A DNA stretch of 63,296 nt, filler included, from Atractiella rhizophila (taxonomy: Eukaryota): assembly GCA_021432655.1 (NCBI GenBank). It is 6 parts of 5 records of this genome, joined end to end, with 100 filler letters (N's around TTAATTAATTAA, not from the genome) between each part and the next. Parts side by side here need not be neighbours in the genome. Positions count along the whole stretch, not along the records: positions 28,765 to 42,278 come from MU271240.1; 5 more parts are not named here. One strand, 5' to 3'. The position numbers and the translations under genes were made by a program. Positions 28,790 to 42,278 of this stretch are shown here, in pieces (position 1 is the first letter of the stretch; each line of letters starts with the position of its first letter). Under the pieces are notes generated by a model. The model was not told the DNA's origin. It made no database searches and saw nothing but the letters and a program-made list of their open reading frames with translations.

Positions 28790-30079
28790 TTGAGTAAAGG
28801 CGAAGTAGCCTCAGGCCACCTTTCAGTTCCAAGTTCTAAGCCAATCTCGAGCTTTTCTTCGAAAGGGAGCCAGGAGATGCCTGACAGGCTGAAGCCTAGT
28901 GTAGTGCAGTTCCAGAGACTCGACTGGTGGAAACAGGAACATGACAACACGATCACAGCTAAACGTACGGAATAGAGGACTTTGTTGGGTTCTTGAAGAA
29001 GGAGGTCAACGTTTCGGACACCCGAGAGGATAAAAAAAATGTCGACGTGAAACGAGCGGTTGAGGCGAAGAAGGCTTCCGGGGAGAATAAAGCTATCCTG
29101 GAGCAGGAAGCAAACCAAAAGCACGAAGCTTCTGTCTAGAAGGCAGCCAAAGAGCCGTGCAAGAAAGCGCTGAAAGACTTGTTGGTCCCCATACCTAACG
29201 CAAAACCGACCTATGGTTATCCAAGAAATGAGGAAGATGCTTCGTAAGTTTTTGGTTACGATTTGGGAACAGGAACTGAGTAAAGGAACAGCTTGCATGT
29301 TAGTCGCGACGTCCTCGCACCAGTTTGCCAGGTTTAGGCAAAATGATTTATGCACTTCAGCCGGCTCAAACGAGGCAACAAATGAACAATGCCCGATTGA
29401 CAGGAATGCTAGAATGCCTTTCAGAAGTGCACCGTTCAGCAAACGATGATGGTTGCTCTAGTGCGTGTGTTAACGGATAAAGATGCTCCATCTGACGACT
29501 GTCCTCGAACAGCGCGAGTTTACCATGTCATTGGTTTCTTGCCAAGGAGCTCCTAGAGGTCATGACTGAAAATTCAAACCAGGCTGGAACAGAGCACAAA
29601 GCGGAGGGGTTCAAGATATGGCTAGCGCGAGCAACATCAATGTCTCTTTTCTGGAGGTGAAGGTGAGCGTGTATCACCCTAAAGCTTAACTTAATGACAT
29701 GAGTAGAAAAAGGGTGCTGTCTTGGAGAAAGACTTCCAGGAGGTTCAGGACGTATTGGAAGCATGGGCGAAGAAGAGTGCTCATTATCGACAGCGCACCA
29801 ATACCTGACAAGGCGTAATACCGCGTGAAAACGCGTTGCATTACGTTTACCCCCCAGATTATAAACTACACAGAGAGCTATAAGACCCGATTCGGCGCTT
29901 TGACCGACCACGATTCTACAACATTGACCTACGTGGTCAAGGACCATGATCACTTCAGAGTTTATTGGAGTCCAATTGCTAAAGGCGAAGTGAGGTTTGC
30001 TTTTGCTTTTTATACCTGGCTGGCTTTGAAAGCAAAAGGCATGAACGACCAAGGGTTATTGGGGCAAGCAAAGAATTAG
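28790..30079 (+). pseudogene. Decayed gene with PD-(D/E)xK nuclease-like motifs
   Basis: Fragments QDMASASNINVSFLEVK (ending at a donor at 29663) and QIINYTESYKTRFGALTDHD; in-frame stops in flanking frames. Confidence 0.35.
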
Positions 30080-31169
30080 ATGTCGATGTATCCGATCTAC
30101 ATATAAGAGCTACGTCCGATTGAACGGCTGACTTGAAATATAGACTTTGTTTTTGAACCACCTGATCTGATGATGGTTCACTATGCGCACAATTTTTCGC
30201 ACAAGTGACCATGAACGCCAAAAAAATGTACATAGTTTATTTGAAATATGCTTTGTTTCCTTGTTCAACTTCATGAAGATTTGGAAAGGATCGGAAGGCT
30301 GCAGGTAGGCTGCCGGTACTTCATACATGAATTATTGAGATAGAAAGATAGAGATCATATGGCGAAGAGATTCCCGTGCAAAAACTCCGCGATTTTGACC
30401 GCTTCAAGACTGTAGAAACGTTTACTGAAGCAAATGTGGTCCGTGAGTCTTTACAACAGCACATCGGTCTCTTGTAATGATTGAAAACATGTCACAATGC
30501 ACCAGAGAGGCAAAATACAAGGCTCAAGGACAGCACACTCCCCACATCCCCCTCTCTGGAAAGGAAGTGACCTACATGTGTGCAAAGCAAAAAGGGTGAA
30601 ATCCTTTACGCTGTCCAATGTCCACAAGTGCAGGTGATCATTGCCATAAAATAACACGCCGTCCTGCCACAAGCTCCCCTCTTCGTCTAGTCAAATGAAC
30701 GAAAGGAGGAGAAAGATCACACAATGCACAACGCTCGATCGATTTGGTTGTTTTGTTTTGAAGTTGTTGTGTTTCGATTTCCGTCCATTTGAAATGAAGA
30801 GACTAGCGCCAGCGAGCAGGGCAAAAGCAGGTAACAGAGCGGAGGGGCTTCGACTTTATGTAACCACGAGATGAAGCTCGTCCTGAGGTGAGCCCACCAT
30901 TGGATAGCTTATAGGGGATGCCTAGATGGATGGACATGAATAACAACAGCCCTACATTGCGACATCAAAGAGTGCCAATGGGCCGTGTTCTTCATCAACT
31001 TATTGATTTCAATCAAAAATGATTGGCGACAAAATAAAAGTTTTCACGCGTATTGTCGCCCCATTTTCCTTCTGATACCCACCGTTCTCCATTCGTCCCA
31101 TCATCCTCTTCGGTTTTCGTGAAGGGTTCGCATTTGCCGCCGAAGAAAGCGTCATGATGGGTTCACAAC

Positions 31170-31797
31170 TGGCAATGGAAGATTGAAGGTCGGAGACGTC
31201 GAAGATGCTTCGTTCCCTTTATGCGAGTGAGCTTGAATGATCTGTTGAGCACTAAACAGAATGAAAGGCTCACCTTTGCCTCTCTTTGCGCTGTTTGTGT
31301 CGATCAAGCTGGATAGTCTTTGCTGCTTCTGAACGATATCCCCAACTTCCCTGTGCGGAAGGTGGCGTCTGCACGCTGGTATATGCCGGGGGGTCATCGT
31401 TCCCGAAAGGAAACTGAAACAGCTCCTGTGGTTTCGCGCGATGACTTTCGCAATCAGAATGGACTGGCTCCTCCACATCCATCGAATCTTCAAGGTAGCC
31501 CCAGTGCGCTCCGGTAAAGGCACTATTGCAAGGAATTGATTGAGAAAAGTGATCGAAGTCCATCTCTTCCTGCTTGATTGTGTTCTGTTCATCAAGAAGC
31601 ATCTGTTGATTCAGCCCATCATCCCACTTTCCCTCAACAAGAGTTTGAACACCTCTAGAGAAGAAAGGTCCAGCTCTCGTTGACGTCGACAGTAGGTTAT
31701 CAGTTGAGAAGAGGGAAGATCCTGAGTGCGCTGCATAGCTGTAGCGAGAAGCTGAAGAGAGGGAGGATGCCGTTGAGGCGTCTGAGAGATAGCACAT
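31170..31797 (-). CDS. Hypothetical Ser-rich protein
   Basis: 175-aa ORF ending at a GTGAG donor, plus a short last exon; no family recognised. Confidence 0.4.
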
Positions 31798-32243
31798 CGC
31801 GGTTGTTTGCAGGATCAGATGAAAATTCCTTGTGGCCTTATACTCCGCCGCTTGTTACGGCGAATAAAGGGCAGAACCTGAAGGGTACAAAGAGGTTTGT
31901 TTCAGAATACTATAGAGAGTCTTATCCCCTTGTAGGTTCTGCTGCAATGCTGCATCAAGGCACATCTTTACCACTTCCATAACTGAAGACACAAAACGGT
32001 CTGTGCATCCTCTGAACATGGGTTACGGGCCGCATTATGGATACCGGTATCGATAGCGACGACATTTGAGTCACGTTGTGCATTTACTTGACGCGATGTT
32101 CTTTGTTCCCCTCGCATTACAGGTCGGTTACTGATAACTATCTCAGGGCTATAAAGATGTGTCCCAGTAGCTCAAATATCGCAGAAAGCATCAGCTAAGG
32201 ACTTTCGATTCGAGAGTCCCTCGATTGTGAATCTAGGTCGAAC

Positions 32244-34386
32244 ATGCCACCAGCCTCCAGATCTTCGAAGAAACGACCTTTCCATTTCACCACACAAGAC
32301 ACAGGCATCGAGAACAACGATTCCTCTTCTCCCGTCAAAAGAAGGCGATCACTTCCGAAAATCATCAGCGAATTAGCACCCATGTCTCTGTTGCTTCCTA
32401 CTGGCGTCACTGGGACAACAACCGTCGCATGCACACCTCCTACAACCCTCCTTGACCTTCAGGACTCTTTCTCTCAGTTTCCGAATGACCTCAACTGGGA
32501 GCACGGATCTCTGTCGAGCTTTCAGTACGATTGGGATCCCCCTCAGATGTTTCCATCAACCCTTCCGCTTGACTCCACCAGCGGCACGTTGGCCTTTGAT
32601 GAGCTACTGACAACCCAACAATACTACGATGATCTCCAAAGAGACATACCCGGGCTCCCGGATTTTGACCCATCAGAGGTCACCCTCTGTCCTTCTCAGA
32701 ATGATGTGCTGGCAACGACTACATTCTGGCAGCCACACTCGTTTGCTTGCGTGGAAGATGCTGTCGCTTGTATAAGACATTTGTGCGTCCTTCCTCTTCT
32801 CTCCCGCCACATGAGGTATTCATTTCGATGCACACAGTATTGCAAGGAACCCCGAGGACATCAAGAAAAACGTCTGGCGTGAGGATCGAGAATTACTGTA
32901 GGTCATATCCGGATTTTAGGCTAGTCTGAACTTGAATAATAGTCTGTCCGCTCTCCTGCACATCAGCGTTGACAAGGACAAGAAGTATGAACTGTTTCAA
33001 CAAACTTTTCGTCACGCGAATGTCGATATTCTTCGTACCGCCATCGATGGGATCTTTGCCCTCCCTCCAGTCTCTCTCGTCGCCATCGACATAATCATGG
33101 CCTTCTGCGCATCTACGGCGTATCCATCGGACGCCAAAACAGGAGAATTAAAAGACTCTCCACAGATGACAGTGTCCAGAAATTCGATTGTGAACTTGAA
33201 CGCCGCTGAGCGAAAAGAAAGGCAGACAGAACTGAAGATGGCGAAAAAGGAGGGTATGCCCAAGGGGAAGGTGATGCAGAAGGAGGCTCGCGCGGCGAAC
33301 GCAGCCAAATGGTTGCTTACAGCGAACAGCGAGAGGCAGCAAGGGACTGAAGAGGAAGAACACCTCCTTCAGATGGTGTTGGAAAGTATAGGAGAACGGA
33401 GGAGTGTAGCGAGAAGGTGGACGAGTGCGTGTAATTCCACCAGCTCCCATGGTCTCTTACACCGTTTTGCGACAGGCATCGGGAAGAGCAAGGAAGGTAT
33501 TCACCCTCTCACCTCCTTGTGGAGGTCGAATGAAGAGCTTGGTATTTTCTCGCTGGCCTCCCTTTGCGGTTCTCATCGTTCGTCGCAGAAGCGGGAAAGT
33601 TCGACAACTGCAGGACATTTTTTCGCACCACAGTTGCAACTCACATCTGGTTGGCCCTTCAGGTCACAAAGGATCAACTCATTCGTGGATCTTCCGAACA
33701 TGCTTTTGCCAGGTTGGTTTTCCTGTTCGACCCTTCATTGGCTCGCTTCTAATGTGTTGCGGTGTAGGCTGCTGGTCGACGCTTGTTGGAATCTCCCCGG
33801 TCGCACGGTGCCCGATAACTGGGCAGAGGTCAAGGAAACCGTTCTCCATCACTGCGCTGGCCCGGGATGGTTTGAACCTTTCACTCTGAACGAGTTCTGG
33901 AAGGCAGTCGCAATCGTCGGAAAGACTATCCAGAAAGAGCATAAAACAGGCAGGTTCTTTCTTTATCCGCCTTCTCTTGCCGGCTGATCAAGGGACACAG
34001 GTCGAGCGTCAAATCTCCCTACCGCCGTTGCAACATGTCACCCGCCGCGCGAATCTGCACAGTCAGAAGAGAGCGATGATTCCACGAAAGAACCTCCAAG
34101 AAAAGGTGACCCAAGGAGCAAACGAGGTAACTTGCGAAAGGGGAGGAAGAAGAGGGTCCAGAGCGAAGGAGAAGAGGGTCTGATCAACGCGACGAGCGGG
34201 GAAAAGATTGTGGATGTCTCTCAGATCAGAAGGAGGGGGACCGAGAACAAGAATTCCACTGGCACCAATGAGCTTGAACCTGGAATTCCCCTTGGTGCTT
34301 CCCGGACAGTATGGAATCACCGTAATAAGTCTGGGAACAACAAACAGCACTTTGGAAAATACCCTCCCCTCAGGAACGCCTCTTAG
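32244..34386 (+). CDS. Hypothetical protein (~3 exons), basic NLS-like segments
   Basis: ORFs 32244-32882, 32932-33987 and a last exon to stop 34386, with plausible splice sites. Confidence 0.55.
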
Positions 34387-34868
34387 ACGGGATGATCAGC
34401 AAACAAGATATGTAGTTGCCGTAGCCTTTCCTCTGTTGGCTCTGTTGGCCAACTTTACGTCAGGAGAACAGTTTTCCTTTCGAGTCTTTCCTTCCGAGAA
34501 AGCACGCCGTCTTCTAACGTGCCCTCTCATTCATTCAAGACGCTCGACATTCAAATGTCCAAATTATATAAATTGAAAGGCTGTATTGTACATCATGCAA
34601 TACAAGCAATGTTGCAGGACTCCAATTCTACAAGTGCAATGAGAACAACCACATGGGAAAAAGGGAATGCAGAGCCTGTTTCGGGTTGCAACTGTGCTCT
34701 TACCAGGCAGGTTCAAGGTCGAACCCTTCAGAGGGATCGCTGGTGTGGACATTATATCTCGTTCAGTTGATGGAGACAAAGGCAGCTTACAGCTTCCCGT
34801 TAAATCTCTTCTTTCCCCGCTCCAAAACGTCCACCATCTTTCCAACAATGTTTTTAACTACTGCTTTT

Positions 34869-37174
34869 TCATCGCATCCATCCGGAAAGAGGCCAGCCCA
34901 AATTCTTGCCCTTCTGAATATCTAACCTGTCAACTTGAATTGGCCGAGTGAGTTCCCAAAGTAGGTGCGACACGTGCTCTCGGTTCCAAGCCCCATCGTC
35001 GACCAGATATTCCTCCAGATGTTTCGCAAAGACTCCCACGTTGATTGACTCCAAATTGTCGAGAAGAAGTAATTTCTCGCAAAAGGCACTTCTCCGAGCC
35101 AACCATGGTTGGAGTGGATAGTCAATGTCCTGGTGAACGGATTCGACGCTATGTATCGTTGAGGATCGTTCCTTCGCGGGTTTGACGCTCTGATGTGTGG
35201 AGGATAGTTTATTCCCCTAGGCAGTCTGTTCCGGTTCCTTGGAACCACTGAAGGTCCTTCCTCCTGTTGGCCTGTCCAGCTTGCGGCTCCAATCTCGCCT
35301 CAAGAGCCGTCCTTCGGCATCCGGATAGAAATTGCAGAAAAAGTAGATAACGCAGTAGATTACGGACTCGATGTCATCCATAACTGATTGCTCGTACATA
35401 GCCTCCTCGTTCCTCAATGCGTTCAGTACGCATCGAGACAGGAAGAGGAAGGTCCCCTTAATGAAAGGTCAAGGTCAAGAACAAACATATAGGGGTAGGG
35501 CAGGCTACTCACTGAAAGTGGATGTGGCTTTGAAGGATGTTCTCCCTTGTTCTTCTCCTGTCGTATCGAGAAGTCGAAATCATTCAGCTATCCGACAACT
35601 GGACCATTCCCGCCATTCGCGTTCGTCTGAAATTCGCGAATAAAGATGTTGGCATAGGAAACATCCCGATGGATAAAGTTGTGATCATTTAACATCGCTA
35701 ATTCTGCCAACAGATCAACGCAAGCCCCAGAACAAACAAAGATCACATACGCTTTAAGACACCTTTGAACGCGTCGAGCACATCGTCAAGACGTTTAGCT
35801 GAAGAAAGAGGGAGGCCGGGCGTAGAATGGTAGATGAGGACGAGAATTAGGTCTGTCTCCATGACCTCCGAAACATCGACGTCAGTCCAGTGAGCATTTT
35901 TGGAGAGGATTTTCTGGTTGACAGATTGGGCTGAGAAAGAATGAGACGAGGAGCGTGTCGTAGCTATTCTAAATCTGTCGCATCCGCTGACGATCTATCA
36001 AACTTTTGTGGCGGTTGGTCCTTCCAAAGACCCCTCCAATAATCAAAAAGCTTGACGTGCTCCTCCAACCTTTCCAACAGGTCCTCCGTCAGCCACCCAT
36101 GTTTAATGACGCCGTGCTCTCTCTCTTCTAGCTCGTATATCTAAACTTGCGTCCCGCTGCCGGCAATGGAATAAGAACGAAATAGAATTTCTTGGACCCA
36201 GTTCACCTTGAACTCGGAGCTATCGCCGACAACATGCCATTCGCTCAAACATCCGTTTAGGTCCAGTTTAAATTTGTGATTGGGACTTGGAACGAATTGA
36301 GAAGGAAGCAGCATAGTGGACGACGGCGTGGTTGTAGATGCGGACGCTGGGTCGACTGAAGGCAAGGGGACGTTAGGCGACCTGACGCGGGAACTTGAGT
36401 CGGAAGAGTGGTTCGTGAAGGCCAGCTCCTCAGTTCGAGACCGATTGCCTGCCTCCCAGGTGAAGTGCCACGCTGGGTCGTGATCAAAGATGTTGAGAAA
36501 TCTGATCTGTTCCTCTCTCGCTTTTGCAAACCGTGCGATGGTCTGTGCGACTTCTTTGAAGTGGTCTTCGAGCTGTTTTGGTTTTCCCTGAAAGTGCCTA
36601 CCACGCATACTATTAACCCAAGAGTAATGTTTATCTCTAGCTGTATCAATGAACAGAGTCCAGACAAAACAGCGAGGTCTCGCCCCGAGAGTGTAGGCGG
36701 CGTTCCGTGCTAGTTGTGTGATCCCATCCGAAGTAGCACTCTGGAGATGGTCTCTGAGTTCTAATACCAGCGATATGTTCGAGTACGCCTTCACAGGAGG
36801 GTTGATCTCATGGTGGACCAAGATTTCGTCCAGCTTTGAGAATCCCTGGTCGACGGATTCTCTGACGACTGCATTCGTGTATCACCTTTGCTGTATCTGG
36901 ACTTTCCTTGCGCACGACCTGGAGTACCGTCTCTTCATTCATGATGCTCCATCAACAGTGAATTACTCACGCGATACAGCTCGTCCATCCAGGTTTTAAT
37001 CGAGTTCTCATCCTTCCAGTCCGCTGCAGTATACGTCATTAGCTCGGGTGGCAGTTCGACCTCAGGTATGTCTATGTTTGGACGTAGATCCTCCAAGACC
37101 ACAGCTGGTGATTCCAAGTTGAGTCGTTCACCTCGCGAGAGGTTGCGTTGCAATGGTCTGAAGTTTACGGGCAT
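34869..37174 (-). pseudogene. Fungal-type protein kinase (FunK1 / Pkinase_fungal) pseudogene
   Basis: GSGTQV*, VIKHGW, FIHRDVSYANI, G*LNDFDFS, SGTFLFLS, DDIESVIY. In-frame stops at 36882 (TGA) and at 36141, 35964, 35588 and 35217 (all TAG), plus a frameshift near 35910. Confidence 0.85.
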
Positions 37175-37470
37175 ATTTCTTGGCGTTTCTCCCTTTCAAT
37201 GTAATAGGGTTTTGCGACGCGACGGGAGAAACGAGTAGTGCCTAGATCCTATCTTCTATGTCTTCACGTGGAATGAAATGACTTCGTCAGAACTTCTCGA
37301 TCACGATGCTTCTCGAAACGTTGCCTGCGCCAAAGCGAAATACTCGGAGATTGAAGCTTCCTACCCCACATCATGAAGTTTTCTCTGGGCGAATTCCATC
37401 TTTGACAACGGTTGCAGCGTTAGCAGAGTTTCGAGTTGCTGGAGGCAATTATTTGCACGACGAGCCATCT

Positions 37471-39933
37471 TTACAAATAGAAATTGAGTGGCAAAGCGAG
37501 CACATTGCATTGTTTAGTGTCTCTCCAATCCACCTGTCTACTGGTCGGATAATCCCATTCTCTAACTTGCTGACCAACAGTGGCTCCAACAGGTTTCCAG
37601 TTTGGATTATTCCTGGCAATCTTGGCAGAATCGATGTAATTTCTTCCTTCCAAGTATGAAACTGTGGGATTCGGATCGTGATTCCACGCAAAAGAGGCGA
37701 GGCTGTCTAGGACATGTTGGGAGAAGTAGAGATCAGCTTCATCCCTGTAGGAGACATCCGCAAACTGGGAGAAGCTAGAAAATAGGTAGAAAAGTTCCCC
37801 GGAGTGGCACCTAAAATAGGGGAGGGAAGTGTCCCTGCTCACATCAGATGATCAGTGAGCTGCTAAGTTGTGCAAACATTGAGCCGTACCCAAGCGGATG
37901 CTCCTTCGTTCGCGGCGCCTCGCAAGTCGGAGGATTGGGGCTCCATTGAACAATTTGGTACGCTCTCCAGATTTCGTATACGTAAATCTTCTGGAATGCT
38001 TGCCTTTGGGTCGCTGCATGAGCCGAAGCTTGATTAGCGCACCTCACTAGAAGATCAGTCTCTATCCTCGCCGTTGTGTTGAACATGTTCAGTGTGCTGT
38101 TAGTTCCCTCACTGGGAACCGGAAATGCTCCACTTTCCACAATGCTATCGATCTGGGTGTCATTGAACCCAAAGCTGACCAAATTGTCTTCCAAAGTTGA
38201 TCCTGGAGCAGGAAAGCCAATGAACGGGCCGCCGTCGTCCCTCATGAATCCCCAGATGAGTGGTACATCATTGGATGGCTCTCCTTTGACGAAAGGAACC
38301 GTGTCATGAAGGAGATAGTCGCCATCTTGCACCATCGACCGGGAGTTGATGAAGTTGGAAGCGAAGGCAGCCGCCGACACGCTAAGGAGACAAGATTTCG
38401 TTTCTTCAGCGCTGGTTAAGTTACCGCAGCCATGAGCACTTGCGACTTGGGCTCCAGATTGCGCAGCGACGGAGGGTGGAACGAACTGCGGGTCTGCACT
38501 CCAGAGCACGGTTAGGTTGCACTTGTTTGAGAGGATTGTAGACGCACTGCTGGTGACGTCTGAGGCCAGCATGGCGGCCGAAAACAGTCCTTTCGCTTTG
38601 GGAGTCGTGAGGAGAGCCGCAACACTGATTGCTCCAGCAGATTGACCGAAGATCATTACTCGTGTTGGCTTCAGAGTTTAAATGTCATCAGCCGGAGAAA
38701 TTGAGCACTGCAAACGAACGCACGTCTCCTCCAAAAGAAGCAATGTTTTTTTGTACCCATGTAAGCGCGGAGAGTTGATCCGACTATGCATTCAAGGTTT
38801 CATTGATCCTCTAACTCGTAGCGAGTAGGATGGAGAAGGAAGAGAACGCACCAATCCATAGTTTCCATTTACTATCTTGTCGTCTAGATAAAGATACCCT
38901 AAAGCACCAAGACGATAGTTAATGGTGACGACAACCACATCCCCTCTACTAGCCAAGTTGCCCCCGTCGAAAGTCGGATCTGAACCAGCGCCGTTGACGA
39001 AACCACCACCATGGACCCTATTTTGCTCTCAGTAGTATCTTCTCATTGTATACAAGGGATAAAGCAAACCAAATCATGACGGGTTTTCCACCATTTCGTA
39101 TCTTCCCAGGACCGGGAAGATAAGGGGTGAAGACGTTGAGGAATTGACAGTTTTCGGAAGAAGGAAGCGTTGAGTTCTGGGGACATTGTGGTCCATAATG
39201 CGTTGCGTCGAAGCGCTGGGTGGTGTTAGAAGAACTGTAGACTGTGGAATGCGTCCATCGTGGAGTTGGATTCGCTGTTCCACTGCGTGTCAACAGCTTA
39301 CCATTGGCGGAAGGCAAGCATTTACTATATTGTATGCCTAAGAAGCGGAAGGAGACTTTATCTCGAAACCTTGAAAGCCATTTTGAGCTCTCTTTTCTCA
39401 CCAGAATGAACGTCGTACCCCATGTAAGTGTTGCCCTCCCGGTCCAACACAGAGTGTTGGAATTGCTTGGATGTGTCCGAAAAGTTGGATGGCTTAAACG
39501 GTCCTGATTGAGAACAAAGCACAGGAAGTTGAGAGTTACAGTCTACGCTCGACTTCTGCAATGTTCCCTGCTTCGGTCCCAAGCTCACTGCGCTACACTT
39601 CTGCCTCTGATCCGATGTCGTAGATGTCCAAAATTTCTGACCCTTGTGGAACCCATTTAGGTTGCTGATTTGATAGGCGAGCTGGAAGGCCAAGTCGTCT
39701 TCCTCCCCGTCAATGGCATAGAGTTGCTCCCCAATGCCTGCGCAAGCGGAACCGGCATTCTCGAACACGAAAAAAGAGGGAAGAAGGAGTGCGCCCTTCG
39801 TATCAGCAGCGGTGCGGTAGTCCAAAGTATTCTGGAAGAGGTGGACGATCGCACTTCGGTTTTGGCTCGATAGTTGCGATCGAGATTCCAACGCAAGGGC
39901 GAACGCGAGTGAAGGGAGGAGGAAGAACCGCAT
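37471..39933 (-). CDS. Secreted type-B carboxylesterase with Cys-containing N-terminal extension
   Basis: Signal peptide MRFFLLPSLAFALA; FRFLGIQY, SENCQFLNVFTP, HGGGF, INYRLG, GQSAG nucleophile, CHSGEL. Confidence 0.92.
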
Positions 39934-40611
39934 GGCGCAGAGAGAAGATTGTCTTCTTTTCTTTCCTTTCACTTTTATGACGCTACCTCGGGCGAAACGG
40001 ACGTTCATCAGGAGGTGGGGAGAGGGTCACATCACTTTGCACTAGCGACGGGACCATGCGGCTACGCTTGAACGTTAAAGCTGTTCTGCTTTCCGAGAGT
40101 AGTAATGGCATATAGAAGACGTTGAGCTCGCCTCTTAGCCGCTAGATGGCAGACGTGATATAAGACGTGAAATAGACGCTCGGATGGTGCATGCGAGGCG
40201 ATTCGGACTGGGGTGGCAGCAGCGTGACGGACAAGTAGAGGTGGGAGATACGGAAGGCAGGCTGTCAGATAAATAGCTGGTGGCCATGTGAAGATGAATT
40301 TGAAGTTGAATACAATGCGTTGCAAGTTGACTGAGAACAGCGTAGTTAATATCATACTCTTCCCGCAGCAGCCATGATCGGCACAAGTTGACCGCACGTC
40401 TGGTTCACCAACTGGGGATCAGGATGGATGAACAGGTTTACACTGGTTTCAAGCGCAAAGGACGCAATTCCGGAGTATTGCAAGCCTGTGTTGACGCTAT
40501 TGGGATTTTTCCAGTTCCTTCAACCTCTCAACGTCCTCCACTTCCAAACAAAGAAAGACAAGAATATCTCATTGTCGCATACAGTATCAATCGACCAACG
40601 GGCCACCAATA

Positions 40612-42091
40612 TCAAGCTTTATGCCTACATGCTCTAGTCTCTTTCGCCAAGCGCATTATACCCTGATATGCGTCCTCGTTCTCAGTCCAGTCTGTAATAG
40701 CTCCGTCTCTTAGATGCAGCACGCGCAAGGTATCCATGAAGCGGACAGCAGTCTCGTACAAAATGTCCGGGAGTGTACCATTTCCAAAGCAAGCGTTAAG
40801 GGCTAATTGTCGAATGTTGGGGGCGAAAGGACCCGTACAGGGAAACCTCCACTCCGCCAAGGGTACAGACGGAGCGCAAGGACTTGTAAAGAATGTAGTT
40901 GTTCAACGGCGAATAGAAGATGTTGTCGAGTCGGTTGGGAGCTTGATCAGGCTCAAAGAGCCCAATAAGATATTCATCTTCATCTGAATGGGAGAGTCGC
41001 ACAATTTCCAAAGTCCCTTTGCAATCTCGCAAAATTGGGTAAACGTAGGTTTCGAATGTCTCACCGAATAGGAGAAGCCCTAAAAGTCGCAGAGGCGGAA
41101 GTGGTTTGCTTTGCTGGAGTGTATTGGTTAGGAGTTGAAGCATAAACGCAGCCTGGCGTTCAGATCCGTCCGCTCTCACGCGCAAGTTCCGGAGAGTCTT
41201 TGGGAAAACGAGTTCTACAGGGGCGTGTATAGGTGTCTCAATCGAAGGCAAAAAATCCCTCGAAAGTGGTATGTCATCTTCACGTGTGAATTCAAAATTC
41301 TCGGTAGGTTGTGAAACCCAAAGCTCAGCCACAGGCGTCAGACTGTCACCACGGCGCCATTCCTCAAAAATATTGATCGTTTTCACTCTATCCATGCATC
41401 GGATGAGCTCGGGAAGATGTAGTCTGATATCGTTGACAGCTTCTGGCTCCGTCAGGAGCGTCAGGAGCGAGTTGGCGTCAAAAATAGGTAGGCCGTCGAA
41501 GAGTTCAGTCAGGTCAGCAAAAACAGTCAAAGTGCTTAAACAAGTGCACTTCGAAAGAACCATGAGAATGAAAAGGCGTTGGTGCATTTCTAGTTCCGGG
41601 GGATTTATCGCATATCGAAGGTGTCGAACAAAGGAGGCAATCTCAGAGCGCTTCTGTAATGCTCGTTGTAAGGAGAGGACGTCGTCTAGGCTGCGTAGAG
41701 TTGGTGGAGTGTGATATAATGCTTTTTGGACCTATGAAGTTCTGGTGTGAGTCAATTGCCTGGCTGAACTGAGAGGACACGCACCACCCGATACAACGGC
41801 TTGGATAAAACACAATAGCGCGACTGTGTCCTCATTGTATTCCATCACCACTTCATCGAAGATATGTTGTAAAACCTCTATCGGAAGCCTCTCTAACCTG
41901 CTCGAAGACGAGGACGGTTGGAAATGAGTTCGCTTGAGGTTGCGGTCTTGATAAATTGGCTGGTGATGATGAATGCGAAAACGAGATTTGTTCTTGCTGC
42001 CATCGTTCGGGTTCGATTGGTGACGTTGGGGCTCCTGACTCTGACTCTGGCTCAAAAAATTCACTTCAATTGTGACTGCAATTAGCTCCAC
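40612..42091 (-). pseudogene. F-box/LRR-like gene with apparent frameshifts (pseudogene or sequence errors)
   Basis: RLERLPIEVLQHIFDEV F-box-like motif; IASFVRHL; LRR-like TLRNLRV, PNIRQLAL and TLRVLHL spread over three frames near 40860-40950. Confidence 0.55.
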
Positions 42092-42278
42092 TAAACCTCT
42101 ACATCTGCCGAACGACTTACTTGAGCGTATCAGTCAGGGGTACAAACCTCCGACCACACGTCGTGCAGCTGTCTCCCTGACTTCGAACTCTCAAATTTGA
42201 CCAGTTTTTTCCCATTTGAGAACCCCAGTCTTTAGCAAAGTAGTAACCTCCTTCAGGGACTTTTCCGCCAGACCCGTG

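Noticed and set aside
32932..33987. Ulp1-like protease resemblance at LLPGWFSCSTL
   Set aside because: No His-Trp or Gln-x-Asp-Cys catalytic motifs found downstream.
34869..37174. TAG reassignment or readthrough explaining the kinase stops
   Set aside because: DPH6 and GPN1 appear to terminate at TAG, and the kinase also has a TGA stop and a frameshift.
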